From an uncultured Verrucomicrobiota bacterium (GTDB taxonomy: Bacteria; Verrucomicrobiota; Verrucomicrobiia; Limisphaerales; SXQI01), in contig CAYZKY010000002.1 of the NCBI GenBank assembly GCA_964478815.1, forward strand, positions 1,980 to 65,979: a stretch of 64,000 bases of DNA, written 5' to 3'. Shown one piece after another: positions 17,814-28,222 of the stretch; position 1 is the first letter of the stretch; every line of letters starts with the position of its first letter. The notes beneath the pieces were generated by a model. It worked only from the letters and a program-made list of their open reading frames with translations. It had not been told where the DNA came from and did not search any database. The position numbers and the translations under genes were made by a program.

Positions 17814-19118
17814 TCAGGTCTGCTCGGCCGTCTCGTCCCGCAGCTCCGGGAGCAGCAGCGCCACGAATGTGGCCGGGACAAAAATGAACGACACGTAGAG
17901 CAGCGCTTCCCGCATGTCCGCCACGGTCGAGAACACGCCGAAGACCACCGTGCCCACCGCGGCCACCACCCGGCCGATGTTGTAGCAAAAGCCCGATCCG
18001 GTCGTCCGCAGCAGGGTCGGGAAGAGCGGCGGCAGATACATCGTAAACAAGCCGAACACGCCCGAACAAAAACCGACGATCGGCAGGAGCACGATCATCG
18101 TCCCCGAGGAACGGGGCACGATGTACGAATAAAAGATCGAGACCGCGAACATCCCGCACATCAGCGCGATGGTCTTCGGATAGCCCAGCCGCCGCGCCAG
18201 CCACGCCGCCGCGAAATTTCCGAAAATCGACACGGCCATCACCAGGAAGAAAACCGTCGTGACGAGTTGCTGCACCTGAGGCGGCGTCCAGCCCTTCACG
18301 TCCGGCAATGTCCGCAAGTGTTGGGCATGCCAGAAGAGAAAGGCCCACCACCCCGTCAACGACAGCGCGCAAATCGCCAGCACCCGGAAGGTCGTCCCCC
18401 GAATCCCCTTGCGGAAAAGGTCCCGTATCCCCGGCTCCTTCCCCACCGCCGCTTTCTTGGCCGCATGCCATTCTTCCGGCTCCGGGACATGCCGCCGAAT
18501 CCAGAAAACCATCAGCGCCGGCAATATCCCTACCAGAAAGACCCATCGATCCTGATAGTTGGGAATGTAGGTGAGAATCGCCACCGCCGCGCACGCCAGC
18601 AACACCCCCAGATTCACCCCCGTCTGCAGCACCGCCGCGATCCATGCCCGCCATTTTTTCGGCCACGTCTCCGAAAGCAGGCTCGATCCGACCGCCCATT
18701 CGCCTCCCACCCCCAGCGCCGCCAGGAACCGGCAGATCAAGAGCTGCCACCATGTCTCCACGAAAAACGATAACCCGGTGAAGATCGCATAGGTCAGAAT
18801 GGTCAGGCTCAACGCCCGGCTCCGTCCTAGCTTGTCCCCAATCCGTCCGAAGAACGCTCCGCCCAGCGCCCACCCGACCAAAAACGCCGCCTGAATCCAT
18901 CCGCTGTAAATCTTCGCTTTCGGATCGCCGATCGGCGTCTGCACCAGCGTGGCCACGAAGCTCGCCGCCACCAGCGTATACAGATGCATGTCCAGCCCGT
19001 CGAAGAGCCACCCCAGCCACGCCGCGATGCCGGACTTCCACTGGCGCGGCGAAAGCTCGCGCAATGTCGTCGCTTCGCGCGCTGCGGCAGGTTCCGGGTT
19101 GAGCACGGGTTGGGACAT
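17814..19118 (-). CDS. MFS transporter
   Basis: It has about 12 predicted helices. The N-terminus is AAWLGWLFDGLDMHLY and the loop motif is GRIGDKLGRSRAL. It is a paralogue of the CDS at 50541-51785. Confidence 0.8.
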   Translation of the reverse strand: MSQPVLNPEPAAAREATTLRELSPRQWKSGIAAWLGWLFDGLDMHLYTLVAASFVATLVQTPIGDPKAKIYSGWIQAAFLVGWALGGAFFGRIGDKLGRSRALSLTILTYAIFTGLSFFVETWWQLLICRFLAALGVGGEWAVGSSLLSETWPKKWRAWIAAVLQTGVNLGVLLACAAVAILTYIPNYQDRWVFLVGILPALMVFWIRRHVPEPEEWHAAKKAAVGKEPGIRDLFRKGIRGTTFRVLAICALSLTGWWAFLFWHAQHLRTLPDVKGWTPPQVQQLVTTVFFLVMAVSIFGNFAAAWLARRLGYPKTIALMCGMFAVSIFYSYIVPRSSGTMIVLLPIVGFCSGVFGLFTMYLPPLFPTLLRTTGSGFCYNIGRVVAAVGTVVFGVFSTVADMREALLYVSFIFVPATFVALLLPELRDETAEQT

Positions 19119-19184
19119 GCGCGGACTCTAGCCGCGCCGGTTTTGCCGGCGCAATCTTCTTTCGGCCCCGCCGAAATTCACGGC

Positions 19185-20237
19185 TTAGGCCAGCGCCTGA
19201 GCCATCCGTTCGTAGGCCAGTTTCCGCAACTCCGGCGGGAAACGATGGCCGCCATCCGGATGATGCACCTCTGGCTGATCCGCCGCGCCCAGCAGCCGGT
19301 AGACCGGCCGCACCTTCTCCACCACCGCATCCACGCTCCGCCACTGGAAATTCGCATCCCCCAGCGGCGCGCTGATAAAACACGCCCTGGGCGCGATCGC
19401 CGCCAGCACGTCCGGAAAATCGAACGGCAACTCCTCCAGTTTATACTTGAGCAGGTTCGGCATGTACCGCGTGCTGGTCCAACCGCGAATATCCCCCTTC
19501 ATGTAATCCCGGAACGAATCGAACCCGCAGCTCGTCGCCGCGAATTTCAGCCGTGCATCGAACGCCGCCGTAAACAGCGAGTTATGCCCTCCCAGCGAAT
19601 GCCCCATCGTCGCGAAGCGCCCCCGCCGCACGAACGGCATCGATTCGAGCAAATCCAGTCCCCGCATGTTGTCCCAGATCGCCTTCATCGTGCCGCTCTC
19701 GTAACCCAGCTTCTTCAGATCCGGCGCGTAATTCGCCAGCAGCGGATACGCCGGGGCCAGGCACACATAACCGCGCTCCGCCAATTCCACCCCATACGCG
19801 TCGTCCGGGCTGTTGCCGAGCCCCACCACCACCTTCTGCCCGGCTTTGTGCGTTTGATGCAGGCAAAGCACCCCGTGCCGCCTCGCCCGCGCTTCCAGAC
19901 ACGCCTTCGGAATCAGCAGGTAAGCGGGCACCCGCGAACCGGGCTCCGACGAATACTCGATGAACCGCCGCACGTAACTGCCCATATCCTCTTCGGTCAG
20001 CGTCTTGACCTCGAATGGGCCACGCTTGTCGCGGCCGGGCAAACGCCCCATGACCACCTGCATGGATTCGAGAATTTCGCGGCGGCGTTTGGCCCACTCC
20101 CGCGCCGACCGCACCCGCCGCGGAGCCCCATTCGGCAACCGATACGAGAGCAGTTCCCGCCCGCCCGCCCGCACCGCCAGCGAAGCGAACGTTCCCACGA
20201 GCACCAAGCGGAAAAACGATCGTCGGTCCATGAGCAT
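19185..20237 (-). CDS. Secreted alpha/beta hydrolase (esterase-type)
   Basis: A Tat/Sec-like leader reads MDRRSFFRLVLVGTFASLAV. The nucleophile elbow reads GHSLGGH. The overall layout is dienelactone-hydrolase / acetyl-esterase-like. Confidence 0.65.
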   Translation of the reverse strand: MLMDRRSFFRLVLVGTFASLAVRAGGRELLSYRLPNGAPRRVRSAREWAKRRREILESMQVVMGRLPGRDKRGPFEVKTLTEEDMGSYVRRFIEYSSEPGSRVPAYLLIPKACLEARARRHGVLCLHQTHKAGQKVVVGLGNSPDDAYGVELAERGYVCLAPAYPLLANYAPDLKKLGYESGTMKAIWDNMRGLDLLESMPFVRRGRFATMGHSLGGHNSLFTAAFDARLKFAATSCGFDSFRDYMKGDIRGWTSTRYMPNLLKYKLEELPFDFPDVLAAIAPRACFISAPLGDANFQWRSVDAVVEKVRPVYRLLGAADQPEVHHPDGGHRFPPELRKLAYERMAQALA

Positions 20238-20460
20238 GCCTCTGAGTCTGCTCCAAGCCCGACCCGCAGAGCAATGGGGAGTTGCAGAAGCACCCATGTA
20301 TCAAGCGCTGGCCAGCCACCGTGAAGCACGCAGTATGACTTCGATCCCCACAGACAATGCCCCGCTAACTGGAAGGATTCGACCATCGCCGCCGCATTTT
20401 TCAAAAAAATGGACTGACCTTCGCTCAGATCAAAGCGGTGAGGGTTTTACCGCCCCGACT

Positions 20461-21438
20461 TCATTCGAAACGAAACCGGCTCGCCGCCAGGTACTCAGCC
20501 AGGTTCTCGCTCGCCAGCCAATGACGCTGCAGTCGCTCGGCGACAGCTCCCGTGGTGTTGGAACCGGCAAACGGATCATAGACAAGGTCGGATTCGTCTG
20601 TCAGGAGTTTGATGAAAAACTCCGGCAGCGCCGCTGGAAATCGCGCTGGATGAATCTTCATTCCGGCTTCCTTGCACCGTTTTGTATAGAGGTCGTTCGC
20701 AGCGTTGTTGCCGAACTTCAACATCGTTTCTCCATCGGCGTCTTCCACGACATTCGGCGGGATTGATCCTCCCGGTTCGATTTCGGTAAATCCAAGCCGG
20801 ATATTGTGTCCGGATGGGCGCACCGTTTCCCGGACTCCGCGTTTGTTCAAGCGCAACATGTCGGCGCTGTATGGGCGAAGCACACGGCGATTATTCGCTT
20901 TGGGCGAGGGTGTTTTTGAAAACCACCAGACATATTCGACCGCGTCTTTGACGCGGATACGCCGCACCGTGACCCATTCCGCAGGCATCGGCATTTTTGC
21001 CGGATTATACCAAAAGCATTCCTGCGCCAGGTGGAAGCCGATCTCTTCCACCAAAGCAATCATCAGCTTAAAGTGGTAAATCGACCGCGTTGGGGCTCCT
21101 GCGTTGTAGCTTCCGCCGATATTTAGGACGAAGCTCCCGTCCGGCTTGAGCACTCTAAAAAAATCCCGGGCAAATTCGAGGAACCATTGGACATACTCGG
21201 CTTTCGCCACATTCCCATACTCTTTTTTGAAGTGCAGCGCATATGGAGGCGAAGTAAAAATGAGATTCACCGAATTGTCCGGCAATTGCGCCAAAACTTT
21301 CTTCGAGTCGCTCAAGTAGGCCGCGCCTTGCTCCGTTCGATAGGACGGCTCCCAGCCCGGCAGCAACGACGTCGGATGCTTGCCGTTCCCGAATACGAAG
21401 CTCGCTTGCGCTCTGGATATTTTCACCTCTTTTTTCAT
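20461..21438 (-). CDS. Beta-class amino DNA methyltransferase (N4-cytosine/N6-adenine family; the SPPY motif favours m4C)
   Basis: Motif IV (IFTSPPY) precedes motif I ([15 protein letters not shown]), which is the beta-class order. The size of 325 aa is typical of type II methyltransferases. Confidence 0.85.
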   Translation of the reverse strand: MKKEVKISRAQASFVFGNGKHPTSLLPGWEPSYRTEQGAAYLSDSKKVLAQLPDNSVNLIFTSPPYALHFKKEYGNVAKAEYVQWFLEFARDFFRVLKPDGSFVLNIGGSYNAGAPTRSIYHFKLMIALVEEIGFHLAQECFWYNPAKMPMPAEWVTVRRIRVKDAVEYVWWFSKTPSPKANNRRVLRPYSADMLRLNKRGVRETVRPSGHNIRLGFTEIEPGGSIPPNVVEDADGETMLKFGNNAANDLYTKRCKEAGMKIHPARFPAALPEFFIKLLTDESDLVYDPFAGSNTTGAVAERLQRHWLASENLAEYLAASRFRFE

Positions 21439-21566
21439 GATCCTAGCATTCGACGAAATGGGTTTCCATCCAGAAACCGCCTTACTATCATGCGCTGCCC
21501 GAAGCCATCTGCCTCGATTTTGGGCAGACTGGCTTCCACGATGAAGTTTGCTGAAATAGGTTTACA

Positions 21567-21800
21567 TTGTCAACTAAATTCGAAACCACAATTTTGCCTG
21601 AAGATTGGATATCCTCAGCCGAGGCGGCTCGGCTCAGGGGCATCTCGCGCCAAGCGGTTGCCAAGCTCATTCGCACGGGCCGTATTTCCACGCTGAAAAT
21701 CGCCGGGCGGCATCTCGTAAAACGCTCGGATATCCTAAATTTCCAACCTCGCAAGCCCGGCCGCCGCCGGCAGCATTTGCCGAATGAGCAGGATCGATGA
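21567..21800 (+). CDS. Small helix-turn-helix DNA-binding protein (excisionase/MerR-like HTH); possible controller of the adjacent nuclease-like gene
   Basis: ISSAEAARLRGISRQAVAKLIRTGRISTLKIAGRHLVKRSDI is an HTH_17-like pattern. The only available start is TTG at 21567 (in-frame stop at 21552). Its 3' end overlaps the next ORF by 17 nt. Confidence 0.5.
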   Translation: MSTKFETTILPEDWISSAEAARLRGISRQAVAKLIRTGRISTLKIAGRHLVKRSDILNFQPRKPGRRRQHLPNEQDR

Positions 21801-22491
21801 GGTCAAGACGCTGCTGGCTCGGTGCACGCTGGAGGAACGCCAGCAGGTTTTTCGATTTTTGCGGCAGGAGTTCAGAATCCATCCGATCGAAGACAAGCTT
21901 CATACGAAAGCGGAAGTTATTCTCGAAGCTTTCGGCCGAGCCAACGACCTGACCTTGCGGGGAATTCGGGGAATCATCGCCGAAGCGGCCTTCACCGTCG
22001 ATGTCGTCGGAACCTTGCCAGGATGGAAAGACGTCACGCCGCCCGGCGATCACGCGTTTGACTGCGCGCTCGAAGATCAGTTCGGTCGCGTTACCATTCA
22101 GGTGAAATTGCAGCGTCTGAAAGACCATAAACCCATGAGCGCCAAGCAAGGATACCGTTTCCTGCCGGCCGATCAGTTTGTTGTGGAGACCCAACGCACC
22201 CGAGGCGGGCTCGACACTCGAGGCGGCAAGACTCGGCCTTATCGATTTGGAGAATTCGAAATTCTGGCGGTTTCCCTCCATCCTTCGACAAATGACTGGG
22301 CAAATTTCATGTACACTGTGGCTGACTGGCTCCTTCCGGACCCGAACTACCCGCAGTGCCTCCTGAAATTTCAGCCCGTTTCGCCAACCGAGAATGCCGA
22401 CTGGACTCCTGATTTTCGAACAGCCGTTTCGTGGTTGCGAAGCGGCCGCAAAAAGCAAATTTGCGCGGATTTCGTTAACTCTGCTAAGTAA
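21784..22491 (+). CDS. Uncharacterised 235-aa protein; candidate restriction endonuclease partner of the methyltransferase
   Basis: The call rests mainly on position: it is divergent from the methyltransferase, overlaps the HTH gene and lies in the same low-GC islet. There is one weak nuclease-like pattern: E in IIAEAAF, then D in AFDCALED, then IQVK (D-x12-Q-x-K). I recognised no family. Confidence 0.4.
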   Translation: MSRIDEVKTLLARCTLEERQQVFRFLRQEFRIHPIEDKLHTKAEVILEAFGRANDLTLRGIRGIIAEAAFTVDVVGTLPGWKDVTPPGDHAFDCALEDQFGRVTIQVKLQRLKDHKPMSAKQGYRFLPADQFVVETQRTRGGLDTRGGKTRPYRFGEFEILAVSLHPSTNDWANFMYTVADWLLPDPNYPQCLLKFQPVSPTENADWTPDFRTAVSWLRSGRKKQICADFVNSAK

Positions 22492-22701
22492 ACTGGGGAA
22501 TTTCGATCGCGATCGCGATTCGCTGCCGGAAAGGCATCTCGCGATAGCGGGCGATCTCCATGGCGGTGGCTGGTTCAGGTGTGACCCGCGCAAGGCAACG
22601 AATGCGCCCGCGCCTTTCACCGAATTCCTTTGAGCCGTTTTGCCATTCGCGCGGGCCTCCATTCTCGGTTAGGTTGTGACTTCGTTCGGGAGTGAAAATT
22701 C

Positions 22702-25700
22702 ATGGGTAAAGAGTTCATCCGAATCGGAGGAGCGCGGGAGCACAATCTCAAAAACCTCACGCTGACCATCCCTCGGGACAAACTGGTGGTCATCACCGGC
22801 TTGAGCGGGTCGGGCAAAAGCTCGCTCGCCTTCGACACGATCTACGCCGAGGGCCAGCGCAAGTACGTCGAATCTCTCTCGGCCTATGCGCGCCAGTTCC
22901 TCGACCAGATGCAGAAGCCCGATGTCGATTACATCGAGGGCCTCTCGCCCTCCATTGCCATCGAGCAGCGCGGCTCCGGCTCGAATCCGCGCTCCATCAT
23001 CGCCACCACCACCGAGATTTACGATTACCTTCGCCTGCTCTTTGCCAATGTCGGCCATCCCCATTGCCCGATCAGCGGCCAGCCCATCCGCCACCAGACG
23101 ACGAGCGACATCGTCGACAAGGTCATCGCCCTGCCCCCGCGCACCCGCATCATGCTGCTGGCGCCCGTGGTCTGGGACGAGAAGGGCGAATTCCGCGATG
23201 TCATCGAGCGGCTCGCTCGCGAAGGGTTCGTCCGCGCCCGCGTCGATAACGAGTTCGTCGAACTCGCCGCGAACGTTCGGGTGAAGCTCGATCCCAAGGC
23301 GAAACACACCATCGAGGTCGTGGTGGATCGCCTGGTCATCGATGAGAAGATTCGCACGCGGCTGAGCGATTCGATGGAGACGGCTCTCAAGTGGGGCGAA
23401 GGCACCGTGCGCGTGTTGCACCAACTGGCCGCAGATGCCTCGGCCGGCGCGGCGGCCTGGGTCGAGAACATGCACTCGAACCGCATGTACAGCCCGGCCA
23501 CCGGCCTCAGCTACGAGAAGCCGTTGCCGAAGCATTTCTCCTTCAACTCCCCCTTCGGCGCGTGCCCGGTCTGCCACGGTTTGGGCCAAAAGCTGGTCTT
23601 CGATGTCAATTTGATCGTTCCGGATTCGCAGAAATCGCTGGAACAGGGAGCCCTCCTTCCCTGGCGGCGCGGAGGCAAGCGGATGATCACGTACTATCAA
23701 AGTGTGCTCCGCACCGTCGCGGCCCATTACAACGCGCCGCTGAATGTCCCGTTTTCCAAGCTGCCGGAGTCCTTTCGCCAGAAACTGCTCCACGGGACCG
23801 GCGACGAGGAGATCGAGTTCAGCTTTTCCCGTGGTGGAAAATTAAGCAGCGTGAAGCGCCCCTTCGAAGGCGTGCTGCCGAACCTCGAACGCCTCTACAC
23901 CGAAAGCGAAAGCGAATTCACCCGCAACCGCCTCAAGGGCTTCATGAGCCCCGAGCATTGCGATGCCTGCGGCGGGCAGCGGCTCAAGCCGGAGATTCTG
24001 TCGGTGACTCTCGGCGACAAAGTCACGAGCGCGACGCTGAATCCCGCGTTGCTGCCGCCGGGCGCTAAGCCGCGCTCGAATCGCCCGGCTCCCACCGAAC
24101 CGATTCCGGGCCTTTCGATCATGGACGCGTGCGGCCTCTCGGTCGATGCTGCCGACGAATTCTTCGCTAATCTGACTCTCACTCCGTTCGAGCAGAAAGT
24201 CGCCGCGGAAGCGATCAAGGAAGTCCGCGCCCGCCTCGGTTTCCTCAAGAATGTGGGCCTCGGTTACCTCACGCTCGACCGTGAGAGCGGCACCCTGAGC
24301 GGCGGCGAAGCCCAGCGCATCCGCCTCGCCACGCAGATTGGCGCGGGCCTCGTCGGCGTGCTCTACATCCTGGACGAGCCCAGCATCGGCCTCCACCAGC
24401 GCGACAACGAGCGCCTGCTCTCCACGCTCGAAGGCTTGCGCGACATCGGCAATACCGTCCTCGTCGTCGAGCATGACGAGGACACCATTCGCCGCGCGGA
24501 TTACATTCTCGACCTCGGCCCTGGAGCGGGGGTTCACGGCGGCCATCTGGTTGCGGCCGGCCCTTTGCCGGAGATTGTCGCCAATCCCCAGTCCCTCACG
24601 GGCCGGTACCTCAAGGGCGAACTGAACATCGCCGTTCCCAAAACCCGCACCAAACCTTCCGGCGTCCGCGGTTGGATCGACATTCGCGGCGCTCGCGAAA
24701 ACAATCTCAAAAACATCACCGCCAGCATCCCGCTCGGCACGCTCACCTGCGTCACCGGCGTCAGCGGTTCCGGCAAAAGCACCTTGGTCGATGACGTCTT
24801 TCGCCGTGCGCTCTTCCGCCAGTGGTACGGATCGAAAGAACGCCCGGGCGAACACGATTCCATCGAGGGCGCGGAGAACCTCAGCAAGATTATCGTCGTC
24901 GACCAAACCCCCATCGGCCGCACGCCGCGCAGCAATCCGGCCACGTATACGGGCATCTTCAATCAAATCCGCGACCTCTTCGCCAAACTGCCCTCCGCCA
25001 AAGTCCGCGGCTACGGCCCCAGCCGTTTCAGCTTCAATGTCAAAGGCGGCCGCTGCGAGAAATGCCAGGGGGACGGCCTCATCAAGATCGAGATGCACTT
25101 CCTCCCGCCGGTCTACGTGACTTGCGAGGCGTGCAATGGCCGCCGCTACAATCGCGAGACGCTCGAGATCACCTACAAAGGCATGAACATCGCCGACGTC
25201 CTCAACATGACCGTGGATGAGGCGGTGAACTTTTTCCGCGCGGTTCCCAAGATTCACGAGATTTGCCTCACGCTCGCTGAAGTCGGCCTCGGCTACATCG
25301 GCCTCGGCCAATCCGGCACCACCCTCAGCGGCGGCGAAGCCCAGCGCATCAAGCTTGCCTCGGAACTGAGCCGCAAATCCACCGGCAAGGCCCTCTACAT
25401 CCTCGACGAGCCCACCACCGGCCTTCACTTTCACGATGTCGCCAAACTCCTCGACGTCTTTTACAAACTCCGCGCCCCCGGCAACACCCTTCTCGTCATC
25501 GAGCACAATCTTGACATCATCAAGGCCGCCGATTGGGTCATCGACCTCGGCCCCGAAGGAGGCAGCGCCGGCGGCTCCATCATCGCTTACGGCCCCCCGG
25601 AAGCCATCGCGGCCAACCCCCGCAGCCACACCGGCCGCTTCCTCCGCCCCATCCTCGGCCTGCCCACGGTTCTGCCGGAACCCGCGCCACGCGACTCAAC

Positions 25701-25710
25701 CGCCTCGTGA
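22702..25710 (+). CDS. uvrA: Excinuclease ABC subunit A
   Basis: The N-terminus reads [50 protein letters not shown]. There are two ABC modules ([12 protein letters not shown] and [12 protein letters not shown]) and Zn-finger cysteines ([14 protein letters not shown]...CEACNG). Confidence 0.95.
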   Translation: MGKEFIRIGGAREHNLKNLTLTIPRDKLVVITGLSGSGKSSLAFDTIYAEGQRKYVESLSAYARQFLDQMQKPDVDYIEGLSPSIAIEQRGSGSNPRSIIATTTEIYDYLRLLFANVGHPHCPISGQPIRHQTTSDIVDKVIALPPRTRIMLLAPVVWDEKGEFRDVIERLAREGFVRARVDNEFVELAANVRVKLDPKAKHTIEVVVDRLVIDEKIRTRLSDSMETALKWGEGTVRVLHQLAADASAGAAAWVENMHSNRMYSPATGLSYEKPLPKHFSFNSPFGACPVCHGLGQKLVFDVNLIVPDSQKSLEQGALLPWRRGGKRMITYYQSVLRTVAAHYNAPLNVPFSKLPESFRQKLLHGTGDEEIEFSFSRGGKLSSVKRPFEGVLPNLERLYTESESEFTRNRLKGFMSPEHCDACGGQRLKPEILSVTLGDKVTSATLNPALLPPGAKPRSNRPAPTEPIPGLSIMDACGLSVDAADEFFANLTLTPFEQKVAAEAIKEVRARLGFLKNVGLGYLTLDRESGTLSGGEAQRIRLATQIGAGLVGVLYILDEPSIGLHQRDNERLLSTLEGLRDIGNTVLVVEHDEDTIRRADYILDLGPGAGVHGGHLVAAGPLPEIVANPQSLTGRYLKGELNIAVPKTRTKPSGVRGWIDIRGARENNLKNITASIPLGTLTCVTGVSGSGKSTLVDDVFRRALFRQWYGSKERPGEHDSIEGAENLSKIIVVDQTPIGRTPRSNPATYTGIFNQIRDLFAKLPSAKVRGYGPSRFSFNVKGGRCEKCQGDGLIKIEMHFLPPVYVTCEACNGRRYNRETLEITYKGMNIADVLNMTVDEAVNFFRAVPKIHEICLTLAEVGLGYIGLGQSGTTLSGGEAQRIKLASELSRKSTGKALYILDEPTTGLHFHDVAKLLDVFYKLRAPGNTLLVIEHNLDIIKAADWVIDLGPEGGSAGGSIIAYGPPEAIAANPRSHTGRFLRPILGLPTVLPEPAPRDSTAS

Positions 25711-26063
25711 GGCAAAGGTCTCGCCCTTCCCCGCCTTGCGGTTGGCCGGAGTTTTCCGGCAGGCTCTGAGGGTTGAAGCCCTCTCAAACCCACGCCGTCT
25801 TAAAAAACTGTAATATTGTTTTACACAAAATCGAACTGCCGAACGCTTACCCTCCTTTGGCCTTGTGTTGGATTCTATTCTAAATACATCATCATGAATG
25901 ACTTATGAGCAGCCGCTCGTTTCCGGAGCTTTTGCGGCCTCATTCTTGCTTTTATCGTCCGACGACCACCCGGGCCAGCAGCCGTCATCGGCTGCCGATT
26001 CGAGCCGCTGACCCGGTTGAAAATCGAAACACGAACTGAGTTCAACCGACATTGCCCACGCTT

Positions 26064-26729
26064 ATGAACCGACTACAATTCCCTTCCGGCCTTCTCGCCC
26101 TTCTGCTCGCCGGAGCTTCCACCAGCCTCACCGCCTCCGCCGCGGTCACCGCCTACACCAGCTCCGCCGACTTCCTCGCGGCCCTGAGCGGAGTTCCCAC
26201 CGTGACCGAAGACTACGAGTCTTACCCCCTCGATTCCACCATTGCTCCGGGCGCCACTCTGAACGGCGTGGTCTACCTTTCCTTTCCCGGAGCCGAAATC
26301 GGCCGGATCGACGACAATTACAACCGGATCGGCGATCAAAGCCTCGCGTCGACGCCCGCTCTTGGGTTCTTTCCTTCCGATTCGTTCCTGGAAGTCGGGT
26401 TCACTTCTCCCATTTACGCATTGGGAATCTTCTTCAATATCGGCGTTTCGGACCCCGATACCATGGGGATCATCACCCCCGTCGGGGTTGCAGGCACGGG
26501 AGGGGCCTATGACCAAAGCACGCTCTACTTTGCCGGCCTGATTTCCGACACCCCCTTCGACATCGCCCGGATTGGGACAGGACCGGACGTCACCTCCGGC
26601 TTCAATCTGGACAATCTCACCTACGCCGTCGCCAGCCCCGTCCCGGATCAAACCGGTCTGGCTGGAACGATCGCATTGGCCGGCCTCGTGCTTGCCGGAC
26701 ATTTCCGCAAGCGCCTCGGCCTCGCCTGA
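26064..26729 (+). CDS. Secreted protein with a PEP-CTERM-like C-terminal sorting tail
   Basis: The signal peptide reads MNRLQFPSGLLALLLAGASTSLTASA. The C-terminus ASPVPDQTGLAGTIALAGLVLAGHFRKRLGLA has the layout VP(D/E)-helix-basic cluster. Confidence 0.5.
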   Translation: MNRLQFPSGLLALLLAGASTSLTASAAVTAYTSSADFLAALSGVPTVTEDYESYPLDSTIAPGATLNGVVYLSFPGAEIGRIDDNYNRIGDQSLASTPALGFFPSDSFLEVGFTSPIYALGIFFNIGVSDPDTMGIITPVGVAGTGGAYDQSTLYFAGLISDTPFDIARIGTGPDVTSGFNLDNLTYAVASPVPDQTGLAGTIALAGLVLAGHFRKRLGLA

Positions 26730-26760
26730 TCGTCCCCCAGCGCTTTTAACTAAACGTCTC

Positions 26761-26797
26761 AATGGCCCGCGCGCCTTCGCGTCGGGCCATTTTTTTT
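26761..26797 (+). terminator. Rho-independent terminator after the PEP-CTERM-like gene
   Basis: A 9-bp stem AATGGCCCG (26761-26769) pairs with CGGGCCATT (26783-26791) around a 13-nt GC loop. A run of T follows to 26797, 32 nt after the stop codon. Confidence 0.7.
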
Positions 26798-26838
26798 GCA
26801 AGAATACGAATAGCACCTGCGCCACGCCGTCCCAACGC

Positions 26839-28185
26839 TCAGGCCGGGCACTGGGCGATGAAGCGGTCGAGGCGGGCGAGAACGCGGTCGCGGCCGAGCA
26901 CTTCCATGAGGTGGTACAAGCTGGGGCCGACGGTGCGGCCGGTGCAGGCAAGGCGGAGGGGATGGACGACCTGGCCGATCTTGAGGGCGCGGTCTGCAGC
27001 GAATTGCTTGAGCGAGACGCTGAGCGGGTCCGCCGTGAAATTGGGAGCAGCCGCCAGCGCTGGCCGGAGCCACTCGAGGACCCGGCGGTTGTCGGCGGTC
27101 AGGTCTTTCTGGGAGGCGGGTTCGATAACGACTTCCGGGATAAAGTAAAAATCGGCGATGGCCGGAGCGTCGGTGAAGAGTTTGAGTTTTTCCTTCACGG
27201 TGAGCAGAGCGGCCCGGCGGTACTCGGGGCTGAATCCGTCGGTCGAAATGCCGGCCCGGGTCAGCGCGCGCGTGGCGTTCTCCTCGAAACGGTCTGCGGC
27301 CAGGTGCTTGATGTACTCCCAGTTCATCCAGGAGAGCTTCTTCATGTCGAAACGGGCATTGTGGCGAAGCACCTGCGGCAGATCGAAGCGGCGGATGATC
27401 TCGTCCAGCGGCATGATCTCGCTGTCGTCCTTGGGCGACCAGCCAAGGAGGCAGAGGTAATTGACCACTGCGTCGGGCACGAAACCGCTGTCGATATACG
27501 TGGAGAGCGAGGCGCCCTGGTCGCGTTTGCTCATTTTGGTGCCGTCAAGATTCAGGATCAGCGGAATGTGGGCGTAGCGCGGAGGTTCGACGCCGAACGC
27601 GCGAAACAGCGCGAGATGCTTCGCGGTGTTGGCCAGGTGATCTTCACCGCGGATGACGTGGGTGATGGCCATGTCGAGATCGTCGATGACATTGACCAGG
27701 TGAAAGACCGGCTGCCCATCGGAGCGGACGATGACGAAGTCCGGGTCCTGCGCCTCGCGATCGGTCAGTTCACGGCGGACTTCGCCGACGATGAGATCGG
27801 AGATGACGATGGGCTCGCGCGGCATGCGGAAGCGGACGGCCCCCTGGTCGTCGTAGGCAAAGCCGCGATCACGAAGTTCGTCGACCCGCCGGCGGTAACG
27901 ATCATGCCGTTGCGATTGAAAGTACGGTCCGTGCGGGCCCCGGCTGGGGCCGGTGGGATCGCCGCTGACGGGGCCTTCGTCCCAATCGAGGCCGAGCCAG
28001 CGGAGGCCATCGAGGATGATATCGACGGCGGCCTGGGTGTTACGCGCGGCATCGGTATCCTCGATGCGGAGGACGAACGTGCCGCCGGTGTGGCGGGCGT
28101 AAAGCCAGTTAAAAAGGGCGGTGCGGGCGCCTCCGATATGGAGGTAGCCGGTCGGGCTTGGCGCAAAACGAACGCGGACACTCAT
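26839..28185 (-). CDS. gltX: Glutamate--tRNA ligase
   Basis: VRVRFAPSPTGYLHIGGARTALFNWLYARHTGGTFVLRIEDTD carries the HIGH motif. KMSKRD is the KMSKS motif. Confidence 0.9.
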   Translation of the reverse strand: MSVRVRFAPSPTGYLHIGGARTALFNWLYARHTGGTFVLRIEDTDAARNTQAAVDIILDGLRWLGLDWDEGPVSGDPTGPSRGPHGPYFQSQRHDRYRRRVDELRDRGFAYDDQGAVRFRMPREPIVISDLIVGEVRRELTDREAQDPDFVIVRSDGQPVFHLVNVIDDLDMAITHVIRGEDHLANTAKHLALFRAFGVEPPRYAHIPLILNLDGTKMSKRDQGASLSTYIDSGFVPDAVVNYLCLLGWSPKDDSEIMPLDEIIRRFDLPQVLRHNARFDMKKLSWMNWEYIKHLAADRFEENATRALTRAGISTDGFSPEYRRAALLTVKEKLKLFTDAPAIADFYFIPEVVIEPASQKDLTADNRRVLEWLRPALAAAPNFTADPLSVSLKQFAADRALKIGQVVHPLRLACTGRTVGPSLYHLMEVLGRDRVLARLDRFIAQCPA

Positions 28186-28222
28186 GATGCGATAGGAATC
28201 TCGCGGGTCGACGATACGAACC

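Noticed and set aside
22504-22515. A 12-bp palindrome, CGATCGCGATCG (containing GCGATCGC), just after the candidate nuclease gene
   Set aside because: It occurs only once, is short and is expected by chance in GC-rich DNA. Nothing links it to the R-M recognition site.
22669-25629. Minus-strand ORFs of 374 aa and 595 aa
   Set aside because: They are antisense to uvrA, whose identity is unambiguous.
25745-25760. A terminator call for the hairpin GCCGGA-GTTT-TCCGGC after uvrA
   Set aside because: The stem is only 6 bp and no T-tract follows, which is too weak to report as a feature.
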